Shown: positions 44,984 to 54,282, counted from the stretch's first letter. The stretch is DNA of 64,000 bases from a candidate division WOR-1 bacterium RIFOXYB2_FULL_36_35 (GCA_001771505.1 MEUA01000027.1:81-64080), one strand, 5' to 3'. The notes: generated by a model not told the origin, from the sequence alone. A program made the numbers and translations.

Positions 44984-46822
44984 ATGAAAAAGGTTGTTTT
45001 TATGAAAAAGATTCTTATTATAGTTGCTATGCTTTTCGGAGTAATACTACTTGCATCAATAGTTCTTTATTTTTTTCTCCCTGTCGATATAATAAAAGAT
45101 TTTGCGGCAAAAAGCTTATCTCAACAGCTTAATCGTGAGGTAAAAATAAAAAGCGCATCTTTCAACCTTTTTTCGGGAATCAAATTAAAAGGGGTTACAA
45201 TAAGCAACGGGAAAGGTTTTTCAGCCGAACCGTTTATTTCGGCAGATTCTTTGGAACTTAAATATGCCTTTTTCCCTCTCCTCCAAAAAAAGATATTAAT
45301 TCCGGAGATAACATTTGTAAAACCTGAAATTTTAATAGAAAAGGACAAAAATGGCCTTTTTAATTTTAGTGATATGTTTGAACCTAAAAAATCCGTTGCG
45401 TCATCTAAAGAAAAAGGATCTAGCAAATCGGGAAAAACAGATTTTTCTATAAATCTTTTAATAAATAAAGTCCAAGCATCAAATGGTAAGATCATTTATT
45501 CCGACTATTACACAGGGAAAAGCGGGTTAAAAGATATAAATCTTAAAATATCAAATATAACGCTTTTTGCATTAAAGCCTATAGAGGTAGACCTGTCCGC
45601 CACAGGAAATTATCTTGGGAAAGATACCCCTATAGCTCTCCATGGGAAAATAGGGATAGACGTTAAAACAATGGACAAGGCAAAAGTTGATGAGTTTAGC
45701 CTTTCTATCGCGGGAGAGACAATCAATGCTTCGGCAGATATAAAAAATATTAAAAAAGCGCCTGTCGTAAATATTTCAATAAATTCTAAAAAATTTACAA
45801 TCGATCCGCTTTTAGCAGTTTTTGCGGCGGCAGGAAGCGACAATAAACAAGCAAAAAAAGCTCCGCACGGAGCATTAACCAAATCCTTGAAAAAATCTTT
45901 TTCAAACATACCAAAAAATTTAACCATTTCCGCGAATGTTGATTTTAAAAATATCACATTTAAGACTTTGGGCATAAATTCTCTTGTTTTTGATCTTGAT
46001 CTTTCAAAACAGGTTGTATATATAAAAATAAAAAACTTTGCCGCGTACCAAGGAGCCTTAACGCTGGAAAGCCTAAAATTTGATCTTCCAAAACTATCTT
46101 ATTTAATAAAAAATTTGTCTTTAAAGAACTTTGCCGCTTCTCCCTTTACAAATGATATGATTGATTCCTTTTTTCCAAACTTCCTAGATCTTAAAAATAA
46201 TACGGAAGGAACTCTGGATATCTCTTTATCCTATTTAAAGGGATCCGGAATAGAAATGCCTGAAACATTTGACACTTTAAGCGGCAGAGGAATAATTATT
46301 TTGTCAAAAGGGAAGATAAAAAAGATCAAATCGATTGAAAGCATAGGGACAAAATATAATATCAACACATTAAAACATGATCTGATTATTGGAGGTTTAA
46401 GGATTCAGGCGGTGCTAGACAACAAAATATTAAACGTTACAAAACTCTCACTTCAAGATACCGATTTAAGGATTGGATTCAACGGCAAGCTGGATTTTAA
46501 TTCTATGAATTACGTATCGGGGAACCGTCTTTATCTTCAATTCAGTCCAAACGCTGCAAAAGAACTGCCGCAAGAACTGGTCTTTCTTAAAGATAATAAG
46601 GGGTTTATTGAGCTTGTTTTTGAGCTGCAAGGAGCTTTAATAAAACCTTTCCCTTCGCCAATATTTAGCAATATCATCGAAAAAGAGATTGGAAAATTCA
46701 AAGTAGAGATTGAAACAAAAAAAGTGGAAATCGAATCTAAAATAAAAGAAGAAGAGACAAAAGCAAAAAAAGAGCTGGAAAAGGGAGTTCAAGAAAAGGT
46801 AAAAGAGATTTTTAAATTTTAA
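44984..46822 (+). CDS. AsmA-family outer-membrane biogenesis protein
   Basis: N-terminal TM helix, AsmA-like N-terminal region (VKIKSASFNLFSGIKLKGVTISN ... ITFVKPEILIEKDKNGLFNF), long beta-rich body. Start set at the first ATG of an 18-bp tandem duplication (alternative 45002). Confidence 0.75.
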   Translation: MKKVVFMKKILIIVAMLFGVILLASIVLYFFLPVDIIKDFAAKSLSQQLNREVKIKSASFNLFSGIKLKGVTISNGKGFSAEPFISADSLELKYAFFPLLQKKILIPEITFVKPEILIEKDKNGLFNFSDMFEPKKSVASSKEKGSSKSGKTDFSINLLINKVQASNGKIIYSDYYTGKSGLKDINLKISNITLFALKPIEVDLSATGNYLGKDTPIALHGKIGIDVKTMDKAKVDEFSLSIAGETINASADIKNIKKAPVVNISINSKKFTIDPLLAVFAAAGSDNKQAKKAPHGALTKSLKKSFSNIPKNLTISANVDFKNITFKTLGINSLVFDLDLSKQVVYIKIKNFAAYQGALTLESLKFDLPKLSYLIKNLSLKNFAASPFTNDMIDSFFPNFLDLKNNTEGTLDISLSYLKGSGIEMPETFDTLSGRGIIILSKGKIKKIKSIESIGTKYNINTLKHDLIIGGLRIQAVLDNKILNVTKLSLQDTDLRIGFNGKLDFNSMNYVSGNRLYLQFSPNAAKELPQELVFLKDNKGFIELVFELQGALIKPFPSPIFSNIIEKEIGKFKVEIETKKVEIESKIKEEETKAKKELEKGVQEKVKEIFKF

Positions 46823-46856
46823 TCCCGATCAGGATAATTGGGGTTAATAATTGGGC
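46820..46856. repeat. Family-A hairpin between convergent genes
   Basis: ttaatcccgatcaggataattggggttaa. Both flanking genes stop in its TTAA ends. Confidence 0.75.
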
Positions 46857-47374
46857 TTAACTGTAAGCCTGCACCGTCCTGAGTCAGTAGTCATTTCTAT
46901 TATTTTGAAGGGTTCCGGCAAACTATTCCTTACCATTGACAAAGCTTCAAGAGTAGGAATAAAAATCAATGAAATGGTAAAGGGCGATAAATTTTCGCCG
47001 CTTCTCACTATCTGCGTCACTCGATTGACAATCTGACGCCCTATCTCCCTAGCCTGGTTAGTCGATAAGCCTGTTTCATCCTCAACTATTTTAGAAGTTT
47101 GAATTAAAGGGATAATCGTTTTTTTGTCTTTTTCTTTTAAAGAAGTAGACAGAGTTTGTAAAAATCTCATAAGAGCGCCTGACATTATCCCACTTTTTAT
47201 ATGGCTTATTGTAAATGGAAACCCTGTTTTTTTCATCAAAGAGATAAATTCTGATATAGCCTCGGAAGAAGAGTCCACATTTTTTAGCTTTTCAATTAAA
47301 GGGTCTAAACTCTTTGCGGTTAACCGCTCTTCTGTCTTTTCAATATTAAAAGATATTATTTTTTTAAAAAGCAT
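46844..47374 (-). CDS. Hypothetical protein (176 aa)
   Basis: Uninterrupted ORF with no motif. Confidence 0.45.
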   Translation of the reverse strand: MLFKKIISFNIEKTEERLTAKSLDPLIEKLKNVDSSSEAISEFISLMKKTGFPFTISHIKSGIMSGALMRFLQTLSTSLKEKDKKTIIPLIQTSKIVEDETGLSTNQAREIGRQIVNRVTQIVRSGENLSPFTISLIFIPTLEALSMVRNSLPEPFKIIEMTTDSGRCRLTVKPNY

Positions 47375-47447
47375 TATTTGTCTTCCAATTTAACCTGGAC
47401 TTACCGTAATTCATTATCGATTATAAAAGAAGTAAATTTCAAGAAGT

Positions 47448-48269
47448 TTAAACAAATTTCAGACTGATATCAAGCGCTTTCGCAGAATGGGTAAGAGCTC
47501 CAACAGATATATAATCAACTCCTGTCTTTGCGATAAATTTTATATTTTTCAGGTTCACGCCGCCCGACGCCTCTGTTTCAATCCCTGCGTTTTTACAAAG
47601 TTTAACCGCTTCCATAAGGGTTCTTTTGTCCATATTATCCAAAAGGATCCTATCTACACCAAGCTTTATCGCCGTTTTAACTTCGTTTATATTTTGAGCC
47701 TCTACTTCAATCTTTTTGGCCTTTTTCCTTAAAAGCTTAATTGCAGGTTCTATCCCCCCCGCAAATTTTATATGATTGTCTTTTATTAAAACCGCATCAT
47801 ACAATCCAAAACGGTGATTTTGTCCTCCGCCCGCCAAAACAGCCTCTTTTTCAGCCTGTCGCCAAAGAGGGGTGGTCTTGCGAGTATCTAGAATCTTTAC
47901 ATTTGTCCCCGTCACAGCCACAACAAATTTTGAGGTTAGCGTAGCAATCCCTGATAATCTTTGAAGAAAATTAAGGGCCAGTCTCTCTCCTTTTAATATG
48001 GAATGGGCGGGGCCTGTTATTTCCGCGATAACTTCCCCATCGCTTACTTTATTACCATCTTTTACCTTAAAAGAGACTTTGATCTTTTTATCCAAAACAT
48101 CAAAAACCCCCTTCACCAAAGATGTCCCTGCGAGAAGCCCGTCTTCCTTGACCAATATGATTGCCGAAGCAGGTTTTCTTTTATCAATAATGGCATCGGT
48201 AGTAATATCTCGCGATCCAATATCTTCAAGAAGAGCCATCTCTATTAACGATTTTATTGACTTGTTCAT
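47448..48269 (-). CDS. nadC: Nicotinate-nucleotide pyrophosphorylase (quinolinate phosphoribosyltransferase)
   Basis: LEDIGSRDITTD, TRKTTPLWR, GGGQNHRFGLYDAVLIKDNH. Start moved to the ATG at 48269 (MNKSIKS) to remove overlap with abiEii. Confidence 0.9.
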   Translation of the reverse strand: MNKSIKSLIEMALLEDIGSRDITTDAIIDKRKPASAIILVKEDGLLAGTSLVKGVFDVLDKKIKVSFKVKDGNKVSDGEVIAEITGPAHSILKGERLALNFLQRLSGIATLTSKFVVAVTGTNVKILDTRKTTPLWRQAEKEAVLAGGGQNHRFGLYDAVLIKDNHIKFAGGIEPAIKLLRKKAKKIEVEAQNINEVKTAIKLGVDRILLDNMDKRTLMEAVKLCKNAGIETEASGGVNLKNIKFIAKTGVDYISVGALTHSAKALDISLKFV

Positions 48270-48285
48270 TCTTATTTTTTCTCCT

Positions 48286-49065
48286 TCAAAGCAAAATAGT
48301 ATTAATTTCTTCATCAAACCCCAAAACCCGCTCTTTCTGCTCCGCATCAAAAAGAAAAGGTTCGACATCATTTGCCAAATATTTAAAATCCAACTTGGAA
48401 CATTTTTCTTTCATCCTACCAATAAACTCATCTTTTTTAAGCCCAGTAACTCCCTCAATGTATGGATAATTAGGTCTTGTTTTGGCAGAAAGAAAAGAAA
48501 CATCATAAAAATCTCTCCCTTTCTCTCTTTTTCTAAAAAAAACGGCTAAAAGCTTTTGAGCTAAAAGCACATCAGGAGGGTTTACAAGAATTTTGCGATA
48601 AACACCAAACTTGTTAATTGTCGTAAGCTTTGGATTTACTATTTTTTCTTTTTTTTCAACATCAATACTTAAAAATATTTTTTCTTTCTTGTCTTTTGCA
48701 ATGCCAAAGCCTTGAAGGATATCTTTGAATTTTATATAACAATGATAATTTCTATTTTTTGACAAAAATCTTTTCTCAACAGAAAAGCCTTTTAGCTCAA
48801 GCTCAGTCAACACCTTTACCATGATTTCCTTAAATTTATTATAAGTTAAACCAAAGTTATCAAAATCCAAATCTTCCGAAAATCTTTGGCTGTCATAAAT
48901 AATTCTTATAGCTGTTCCCCCAATAAAACTTAAATATTCGCTTCCTTTTTGCTTGAAAAGCGAATCTAATATCTCATATTGAAGATATTCAACAACAATC
49001 CCCTTGGAATTAAGTCTCGTTATCTTTTTTTCAAAATATTTTTCTATTTGATTAAGATTAAGCAT
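48286..49065 (-). CDS. AbiEii/AbiGii-family nucleotidyltransferase toxin (type IV TA)
   Basis: GGTAIRIIYDSQRFSEDLDFD motif. The ATG at 49065 overlaps the AbiEi stop in ATGCTTAA (8-nt coupling). Confidence 0.8.
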   Translation of the reverse strand: MLNLNQIEKYFEKKITRLNSKGIVVEYLQYEILDSLFKQKGSEYLSFIGGTAIRIIYDSQRFSEDLDFDNFGLTYNKFKEIMVKVLTELELKGFSVEKRFLSKNRNYHCYIKFKDILQGFGIAKDKKEKIFLSIDVEKKEKIVNPKLTTINKFGVYRKILVNPPDVLLAQKLLAVFFRKREKGRDFYDVSFLSAKTRPNYPYIEGVTGLKKDEFIGRMKEKCSKLDFKYLANDVEPFLFDAEQKERVLGFDEEINTILL

Positions 49066-49675
49066 TAATATTGCCTGTTTCAAAAAAGATTTTTACAGTT
49101 TTCTCAAATTTCTTATTGTTAAAGCTTTTCAAATATTTTTTAAATTTTGTGAAATCTGTCTTTTCTTTTATCTCTTTAAAGTTAAATCTAAAAGAAGAAA
49201 TATCCTCTTTGATTTTTATGCTACTCTTTCTTAAATACAAAAAATCAAGGATTGCTTTTTCTGGCTCTGCAACAAGATAAGATTCGCTTTTCCCTTGCAT
49301 CGAGACATAACCAAAAAATAGGCTTCTTTTTATATTGTGATAAATAAACTTGCCAAATTCATTTTCAAATGTCCTAGTTGTTTTAGGAGTCGCAAGAGTA
49401 AAAGCATATACCATTTCAGGGATAAAACCATAAAAATACAAAGCTTTTTCATAGCTTAAATAGCTTGGAGAATAGATTTTTTGAGCAACTTCTTCCCCTG
49501 AAATTTCATCTATTCTTTTTGAAAACGCATAAACGCCGTTTTTTATTTTTACGATGTACCCATTCTTTTGCCAAGAAGAAAGCTGGCAATCAAAAACTCG
49601 AAAAGAAAGGAGTTTGATTTCTTGTCTTGTAAATATGGGAGAATTGATTTTCAATTCAAAATCTATGTATTTCAT
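49058..49675 (-). CDS. AbiEi-family antitoxin / transcriptional regulator
   Basis: N-terminal winged-helix-like region (FTRQEIKLL ... NGYIVKIKNGVYAF) and SPSYLSYEKALYFYGFIPE. Start set at the ATG at 49675 (MKYIDF). Confidence 0.7.
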   Translation of the reverse strand: MKYIDFELKINSPIFTRQEIKLLSFRVFDCQLSSWQKNGYIVKIKNGVYAFSKRIDEISGEEVAQKIYSPSYLSYEKALYFYGFIPEMVYAFTLATPKTTRTFENEFGKFIYHNIKRSLFFGYVSMQGKSESYLVAEPEKAILDFLYLRKSSIKIKEDISSFRFNFKEIKEKTDFTKFKKYLKSFNNKKFEKTVKIFFETGNINA

Positions 49676-49756
49676 TTTTTTATATTTTTTTATAATAAAC
49701 TGAAATAGTATAATATAATACAACAAACAAAGTCAAGCTGAAAATCTTGTAATAGG

Positions 49757-49775
49757 TGACATTTCGCAACAGTCC
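49757..49775. mobile_element. Family-B solo terminus
   Basis: gtgacatttcgcaacagtccc matches the family-B right TIR. Confidence 0.6.
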
Positions 49776-49809
49776 CATATAGCAAAGGGGGTCATTGGCG
49801 GTAAAGCAT

Positions 49810-50622
49810 TTATCTTAAAATAAACCAGACAACATAGTAATACATTATAGGAGCTGTCAGAATAAAAGAGTCCATGCGATCCAGTATTCCTCCATGTCCC
49901 GGAAGCATATGACCTGAGTCTTTGACTTTAGAATCTCTTTTAATAACCGATTCAACAAGATCAGAAAGCTGCGCGACAACGCCAATTAAGATGCCAAGAA
50001 TCAGGGCATGTGTTCCACTAATCCCGGCAAACCCAGAAAATATTTCAGCAGCAACAAGACAAGTTATAAAACCTGCCACAGCCCCTTCCCATGTTTTTTG
50101 AGGAGAAATAGCTGGCGCCAACTTATGCCTGCCAAACTTTTTGCCAATAAGATACGCCATAATATCCATTGCCCAAACAGTAAGAACCAAAAAAAATATG
50201 TAAGCGCCATGATCTGTCAAGCTTCTTATAAATATAAAATAACTAAAAAACCAACCTATGTAAATCATCCCGAGCAGGGTAACTGCAACGTCAACGATTG
50301 TATCTTTTTCTCTTTTAAGAAAAACCCCGCTTATTAAAGCAAGGGTCGCGGCAATAGTTAAAATAGCAGAATGAGCAGGCTCCCAATTTCGCTTTAAAGC
50401 ATAATATGAAAAAACTATAAAAAAGATCGTAATAATATTGCCAACTAAATAAGCAGGATGGTATTCTTTTTTCATCATCAGGTTGTAAAACTCATTAACA
50501 GAAAAAAGAGCCAACAATAAAACAAGGAGTAAAAATGCAAACCCTCCAAAATAAGTACATCCCCATATTACTGGGATACCAACCAACATAGTTAAAACAC
50601 GACTTAAAAATGATCTCGACAT
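49810..50622 (-). CDS. cdsA: Phosphatidate cytidylyltransferase
   Basis: Multi-TM. SDLVESVIKRDSKVKDSGHMLPGHGGILDRMDS signature. Confidence 0.93.
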   Translation of the reverse strand: MSRSFLSRVLTMLVGIPVIWGCTYFGGFAFLLLVLLLALFSVNEFYNLMMKKEYHPAYLVGNIITIFFIVFSYYALKRNWEPAHSAILTIAATLALISGVFLKREKDTIVDVAVTLLGMIYIGWFFSYFIFIRSLTDHGAYIFFLVLTVWAMDIMAYLIGKKFGRHKLAPAISPQKTWEGAVAGFITCLVAAEIFSGFAGISGTHALILGILIGVVAQLSDLVESVIKRDSKVKDSGHMLPGHGGILDRMDSFILTAPIMYYYVVWFILR

Positions 50623-50638
50623 AATTTTAATATTTAAT

Positions 50639-50713
50639 TAACCCCGATTGTTCATGCCAGAAAGAATTTTTAAACTCCCTGCGTAAACCCTAACTATCCT
50701 AATCGGGGTGAAT
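50639..50713. repeat. Family-A element (short form)
   Basis: ttaaccccgattgttca ... taaaccctaactatcctaatcggggtgaat. The right arm encodes the last uppS codons and stop. Confidence 0.75.
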
Positions 50714-51427
50714 TTGCTCCGATATTTTACCAAAGCGTCTCTCCCTTTGGCTATAAGATTCGATGGCTTTAAGCAATTCCTCCCTTTTAAAATCAGGCCA
50801 ATAAACATCAGTAACATAAATTTCCGCATAAGCAATCTGCCACAGCATAAAATTTGAGATCCTCATTTCAGATGCCGTTCTGATTAACAAGTCAGGATCA
50901 GGAATATTTTTTGTATACAAGTGCCGACTAATATCTTCTTCAGTAATTTTCTCTTTCTCTGTCTTTTCTCCTAAGCCACATTCTCCCAGGAATATTTCAT
51001 TTACCGCATCCACTATTTCCGCTCTTCCTCCATAATTTACCATAATATTTAAGTTCAAGCCTGTGTTTTTTGAAAGTTTTTCCATCGAAAAAGCCATCTT
51101 ATTTTTCAGCTGATCGGAAAATTGGGTGAGCCTTCCCAAAAAATTTAAACAAACATTGTTTTTATTTAAGTTGTCAACTTCACGATCAATGGTATCGGCC
51201 AAAAGACCCATCAAAAAAGAGACTTCATCTTTCGGTCTCGACCAATTCTCAGTTGAAAAAGCGTAGACAGTAAGATATTTAACTCCTATCTCGGCACACG
51301 TCTTCACACACTCTTTTAAAGAATCTGCGCCAACCTTATGCCCGGCAATTCGAGGAAGCCGCCTTGCCTTTGCCCATCGCCCATTTCCATCCATTATAAT
51401 TGCTATATGTTGAGGTATTTTTTTCAT
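50699..51427 (-). CDS. uppS: Undecaprenyl diphosphate synthase
   Basis: HIAIIMDGNGRWA, FSTENWSRP, RISNFMLWQ. Confidence 0.95.
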   Translation of the reverse strand: MKKIPQHIAIIMDGNGRWAKARRLPRIAGHKVGADSLKECVKTCAEIGVKYLTVYAFSTENWSRPKDEVSFLMGLLADTIDREVDNLNKNNVCLNFLGRLTQFSDQLKNKMAFSMEKLSKNTGLNLNIMVNYGGRAEIVDAVNEIFLGECGLGEKTEKEKITEEDISRHLYTKNIPDPDLLIRTASEMRISNFMLWQIAYAEIYVTDVYWPDFKREELLKAIESYSQRERRFGKISEQIHPD

Positions 51428-51501
51428 AAATGAAAAATGAAGAATTATCCAACGACCAATAAAATGAAGGGCTACAACACATTAGTCATTTTTCATTCAA
51501 T

Positions 51502-52056
51502 TTATACTTCCAAAATTTCTTTTTCTTTCGCAAGGATAAGTTTATCTATCTCTTCAATATACTTATCTGTAAGCTTCTGGAGCTGCTCTTCTTGAATTTT
51601 AGCGCTGTCTTCAGCCAAAGCTTTTTCACTCTTCTGTTTTTTTAAAAAATCCATCCCTTCACGCCTGATATTACGAATTGAAACCTTCTCTTTTTCTGCT
51701 TCATCTTTTATAAGTTTAGTAAGATCTCGTCTCCTCTCCTCTGTTAATTGAGGGAGGAAAAGACGAAGCATTCCTGATTCAACTTTAGGCGTTATCCCTA
51801 ACTTAGACGTAAGAATGGCTTTTTCTATGGCTTGTGCTGAAGTTTTATCATAGGGCTGAATAGCAATTTGCCTCGGTTCAGGAACGGAGATGTTCGCAAG
51901 CTGTTTTAGGGGAACTGATGAGCCATAATATTCAACGGTAAGCCCGTCAACTAAAGCTGGCGAGGCCCTCCCCGTTCTAACTCCAGCAAGTGTTTTTTTT
52001 AAAACTTCTATTGCTTTTTTCATTTTGGTTTCTGAATCTTTTATAGCATCTTGCAC
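51502..52056 (-). CDS. frr: Ribosome recycling factor
   Basis: 184 aa. Canonical RRF sequence (LAGVRTGRASPALVD, NIRREG). Confidence 0.95.
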   Translation of the reverse strand: MQDAIKDSETKMKKAIEVLKKTLAGVRTGRASPALVDGLTVEYYGSSVPLKQLANISVPEPRQIAIQPYDKTSAQAIEKAILTSKLGITPKVESGMLRLFLPQLTEERRRDLTKLIKDEAEKEKVSIRNIRREGMDFLKKQKSEKALAEDSAKIQEEQLQKLTDKYIEEIDKLILAKEKEILEV

Positions 52057-52124
52057 TTTAAACTCCTCCTTTTAAGCTAATCTAAGCAACAAAAACCTAT
52101 TTTTTATACATAAAGCATTATAAT

Positions 52125-52841
52125 CTATCTGATAAGCTTACTAACAAAAGTCCCGACTTTTTTGCCCAATGCCGCCTTTTCGATATTTCCTTTATGCATC
52201 AGATCCAAAACAATCATAGGAATATCATTGTCCATACAAAGTGAGGCTGCGGTTGAATCCATAACTTTTAACCCTTTATTTAATATTTCCATATATGTTA
52301 AAGAGGTAAATTTTTTTGCCTCTTTATGTTTTACAGGATCTTTATCATAAACTCCGTCAACTTTCGTAGCTTTGATTATAATATCAGTATCAAGCTCGGC
52401 GGCTCTAAGCGAAGCAGTGGTATCTGTAGAAAAATAAGGATTCCCAGTCCCCGCCGCCAAAATTACAACCCTACCCTTCTCCATATGCCTTATTGCTCTG
52501 CGTCTAATAAAAGGCTCCGCAACCTGACGCATTTCAATTGCGGTCATAACACGGGCATAAACATTTATTCTTTCAAGCGCATCTTGAAGGGCAAGGGCGT
52601 TAATGACTGTTGCAAGCATCCCCATGTAGTCGCCTGTTGCCCGTTCCATCCCCGCGTTAGAGCCGGTCAACCCTCTAAATATATTGCCTCCTCCGACAAC
52701 AATCGCTATCTCTATTTTATGGCGTTTAACCTTCTCTATCTCTTTTGCTATGGCAGCCAAAACTTCAGGATCGATCCCCTGCTTAAATTGACCGCCAAAA
52801 ATCTCACCGGAAAGCTTTAAAAGGACTCGTTTATATGTCAT
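52125..52841 (-). CDS. pyrH: UMP kinase
   Basis: [30 protein letters not shown]. Confidence 0.95.
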   Translation of the reverse strand: MTYKRVLLKLSGEIFGGQFKQGIDPEVLAAIAKEIEKVKRHKIEIAIVVGGGNIFRGLTGSNAGMERATGDYMGMLATVINALALQDALERINVYARVMTAIEMRQVAEPFIRRRAIRHMEKGRVVILAAGTGNPYFSTDTTASLRAAELDTDIIIKATKVDGVYDKDPVKHKEAKKFTSLTYMEILNKGLKVMDSTAASLCMDNDIPMIVLDLMHKGNIEKAALGKKVGTFVSKLIR

Positions 52842-52893
52842 TTGGTATTAATTATATCAACAAATATTCAAACATCAACATCCAAATCATCTA

Positions 52894-52922
52894 TAGACAT
52901 ATAATAACAGGTAGTCTATATT
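52894..52922 (+). promoter_or_regulatory. Promoter placed for a leaderless bioF transcript
   Basis: TAGACA (52894-52899), 17-nt spacer, TATATT (52917-52922), then 7 nt to the ATG at 52930. No Shine-Dalgarno. Confidence 0.5.
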
Positions 52923-52929
52923 TATTATT

Positions 52930-54084
52930 ATGCTTGAATTTATAACTCAAGAACTGGAATCGCTCAAACAATCGGGCCTTTATAGAACGCTTAAAACCAT
53001 TGAAAAGACAGAAGGGGCTAAAGTCTGGATAGGAGGAAAAAAGCTTGTCTGTTTCTGCTCAAATGATTACCTCGGTTTATCCAATCATCCAAAAGTCAAA
53101 GAAAAAACAATCGAAATTATTAAGAGATTTGGTGTCGGCGCCGGAGCATCAAGATTAATTTCCGGAAATACAATAATACATGAAGAATTGGAAAAAAAAA
53201 TTGCCAAATTTAAAAAAAGAGAAGAGGCCATCATCTTTCCTTCAGGTTATATGGCAAATATAGGAGTAATTTCCTCTCTTCTTAATGAAAAAGATACCGT
53301 GATAATTGATCGTTTAAGTCACGCCTCAATAATTGACGGATGCAAATTATCAAAAGCCCATTTACAAGTCTATCCTCATAAAAATACGCATGCACTGGAA
53401 AAAGTTTTGATAAGATCAGATAAATATAAAAAACGTTTAATTGTCACTGATTCTGTTTTCAGCATGGATGGCGATATTGCACCCCTTCCTGAAATAATAA
53501 AACTAGCCAAAAAATACAATGCGATAACAATGATTGATGAAGCCCATGCAACTGGAGTTTTAGGGGAGAATGGACGCGGGGTAGAAGAACTTTTTGGAAT
53601 TGAAGGACAAATTGATATTGTAATGGGGACACTGTCAAAGGCGGTGGGGAGTTTGGGAGGTTTTGTTGCCGGAAGTTCCGAGCTAATCAATTACTTAAGA
53701 AATAAAACAAGAAGTTTTATATATTCGACAGCCCTCCCTCCGTCTATTTGCGCAGCATCTATTGCAGCGCTTTACGTAATTGAGGGGGAACCTACACTTC
53801 GAGAAAAACTTTGGGATAATATTAAAGTTTTCAATACTAGCGTGGGTTCATGCCATGGCATGAACCCAGATATCCAATTCCCCATTATTCCCATCATAAT
53901 CGGCAATGAAGAAAAGACCATGAAAATATCAAGGAAACTTTTTGAAGATGGGATATTTGTTTCAGGAATACGATATCCTACAGTTGCAAAAGGAAAAGCT
54001 CGTCTGCGAATAACAATTACTGCAAGTCATTCAAAAAACGAGCTGAAAAATCTTGAGAATCTCTTAAAAATCTGCCGTAGATAA
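52930..54084 (+). CDS. bioF: 8-amino-7-oxononanoate synthase
   Basis: Class-II aminotransferase. DEAHATGVLG, TLSKAVGSLGG (PLP lysine region). Confidence 0.85.
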   Translation: MLEFITQELESLKQSGLYRTLKTIEKTEGAKVWIGGKKLVCFCSNDYLGLSNHPKVKEKTIEIIKRFGVGAGASRLISGNTIIHEELEKKIAKFKKREEAIIFPSGYMANIGVISSLLNEKDTVIIDRLSHASIIDGCKLSKAHLQVYPHKNTHALEKVLIRSDKYKKRLIVTDSVFSMDGDIAPLPEIIKLAKKYNAITMIDEAHATGVLGENGRGVEELFGIEGQIDIVMGTLSKAVGSLGGFVAGSSELINYLRNKTRSFIYSTALPPSICAASIAALYVIEGEPTLREKLWDNIKVFNTSVGSCHGMNPDIQFPIIPIIIGNEEKTMKISRKLFEDGIFVSGIRYPTVAKGKARLRITITASHSKNELKNLENLLKICRR

Positions 54085-54192
54085 TTAGCCTTTGTTAGCT
54101 TTTTTTTCTCTCTTTAATGCGCGCTTTTCTTTAAGTGATAATTTTGCGACTTTTTTAACATTCTTTTGTCCGCCCTGTTCTTTGTTTGCCAT
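54085..54192 (-). CDS. Small highly basic protein (35 aa), below the ORF-track threshold
   Basis: My own translation is MANKEQGGQKNVKKVAKLSLKEKRALKREKKANKG. SD GGAGGTGGG ends 5 nt upstream of the ATG at 54192. The stop TAA (54085-54087) abuts the bioF stop. Confidence 0.5.
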   Translation of the reverse strand: MANKEQGGQKNVKKVAKLSLKEKRALKREKKANKG

Positions 54193-54273
54193 AAGTCCCA
54201 CCTCCTTCTGTATTAAAATAATTATAAACAGAAACAGTAGGATACGCAAGGCCTAAGAATATTCGTAAAAGCG

Positions 54274-54282
54274 TGTTATAAT
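54274..54282 (+). promoter_or_regulatory. Extended -10 element placed for a leaderless bioD transcript
   Basis: TGtTATAAT, then 7 T residues to the ATG at 54290. No Shine-Dalgarno and no good -35. Confidence 0.45.

Noticed and set aside
50638-50835. 65-aa minus-strand ORF overlapping the uppS 3-prime end.
   Set aside because: It lies out of frame inside uppS and the family-A repeat. It has no SD and is spurious.
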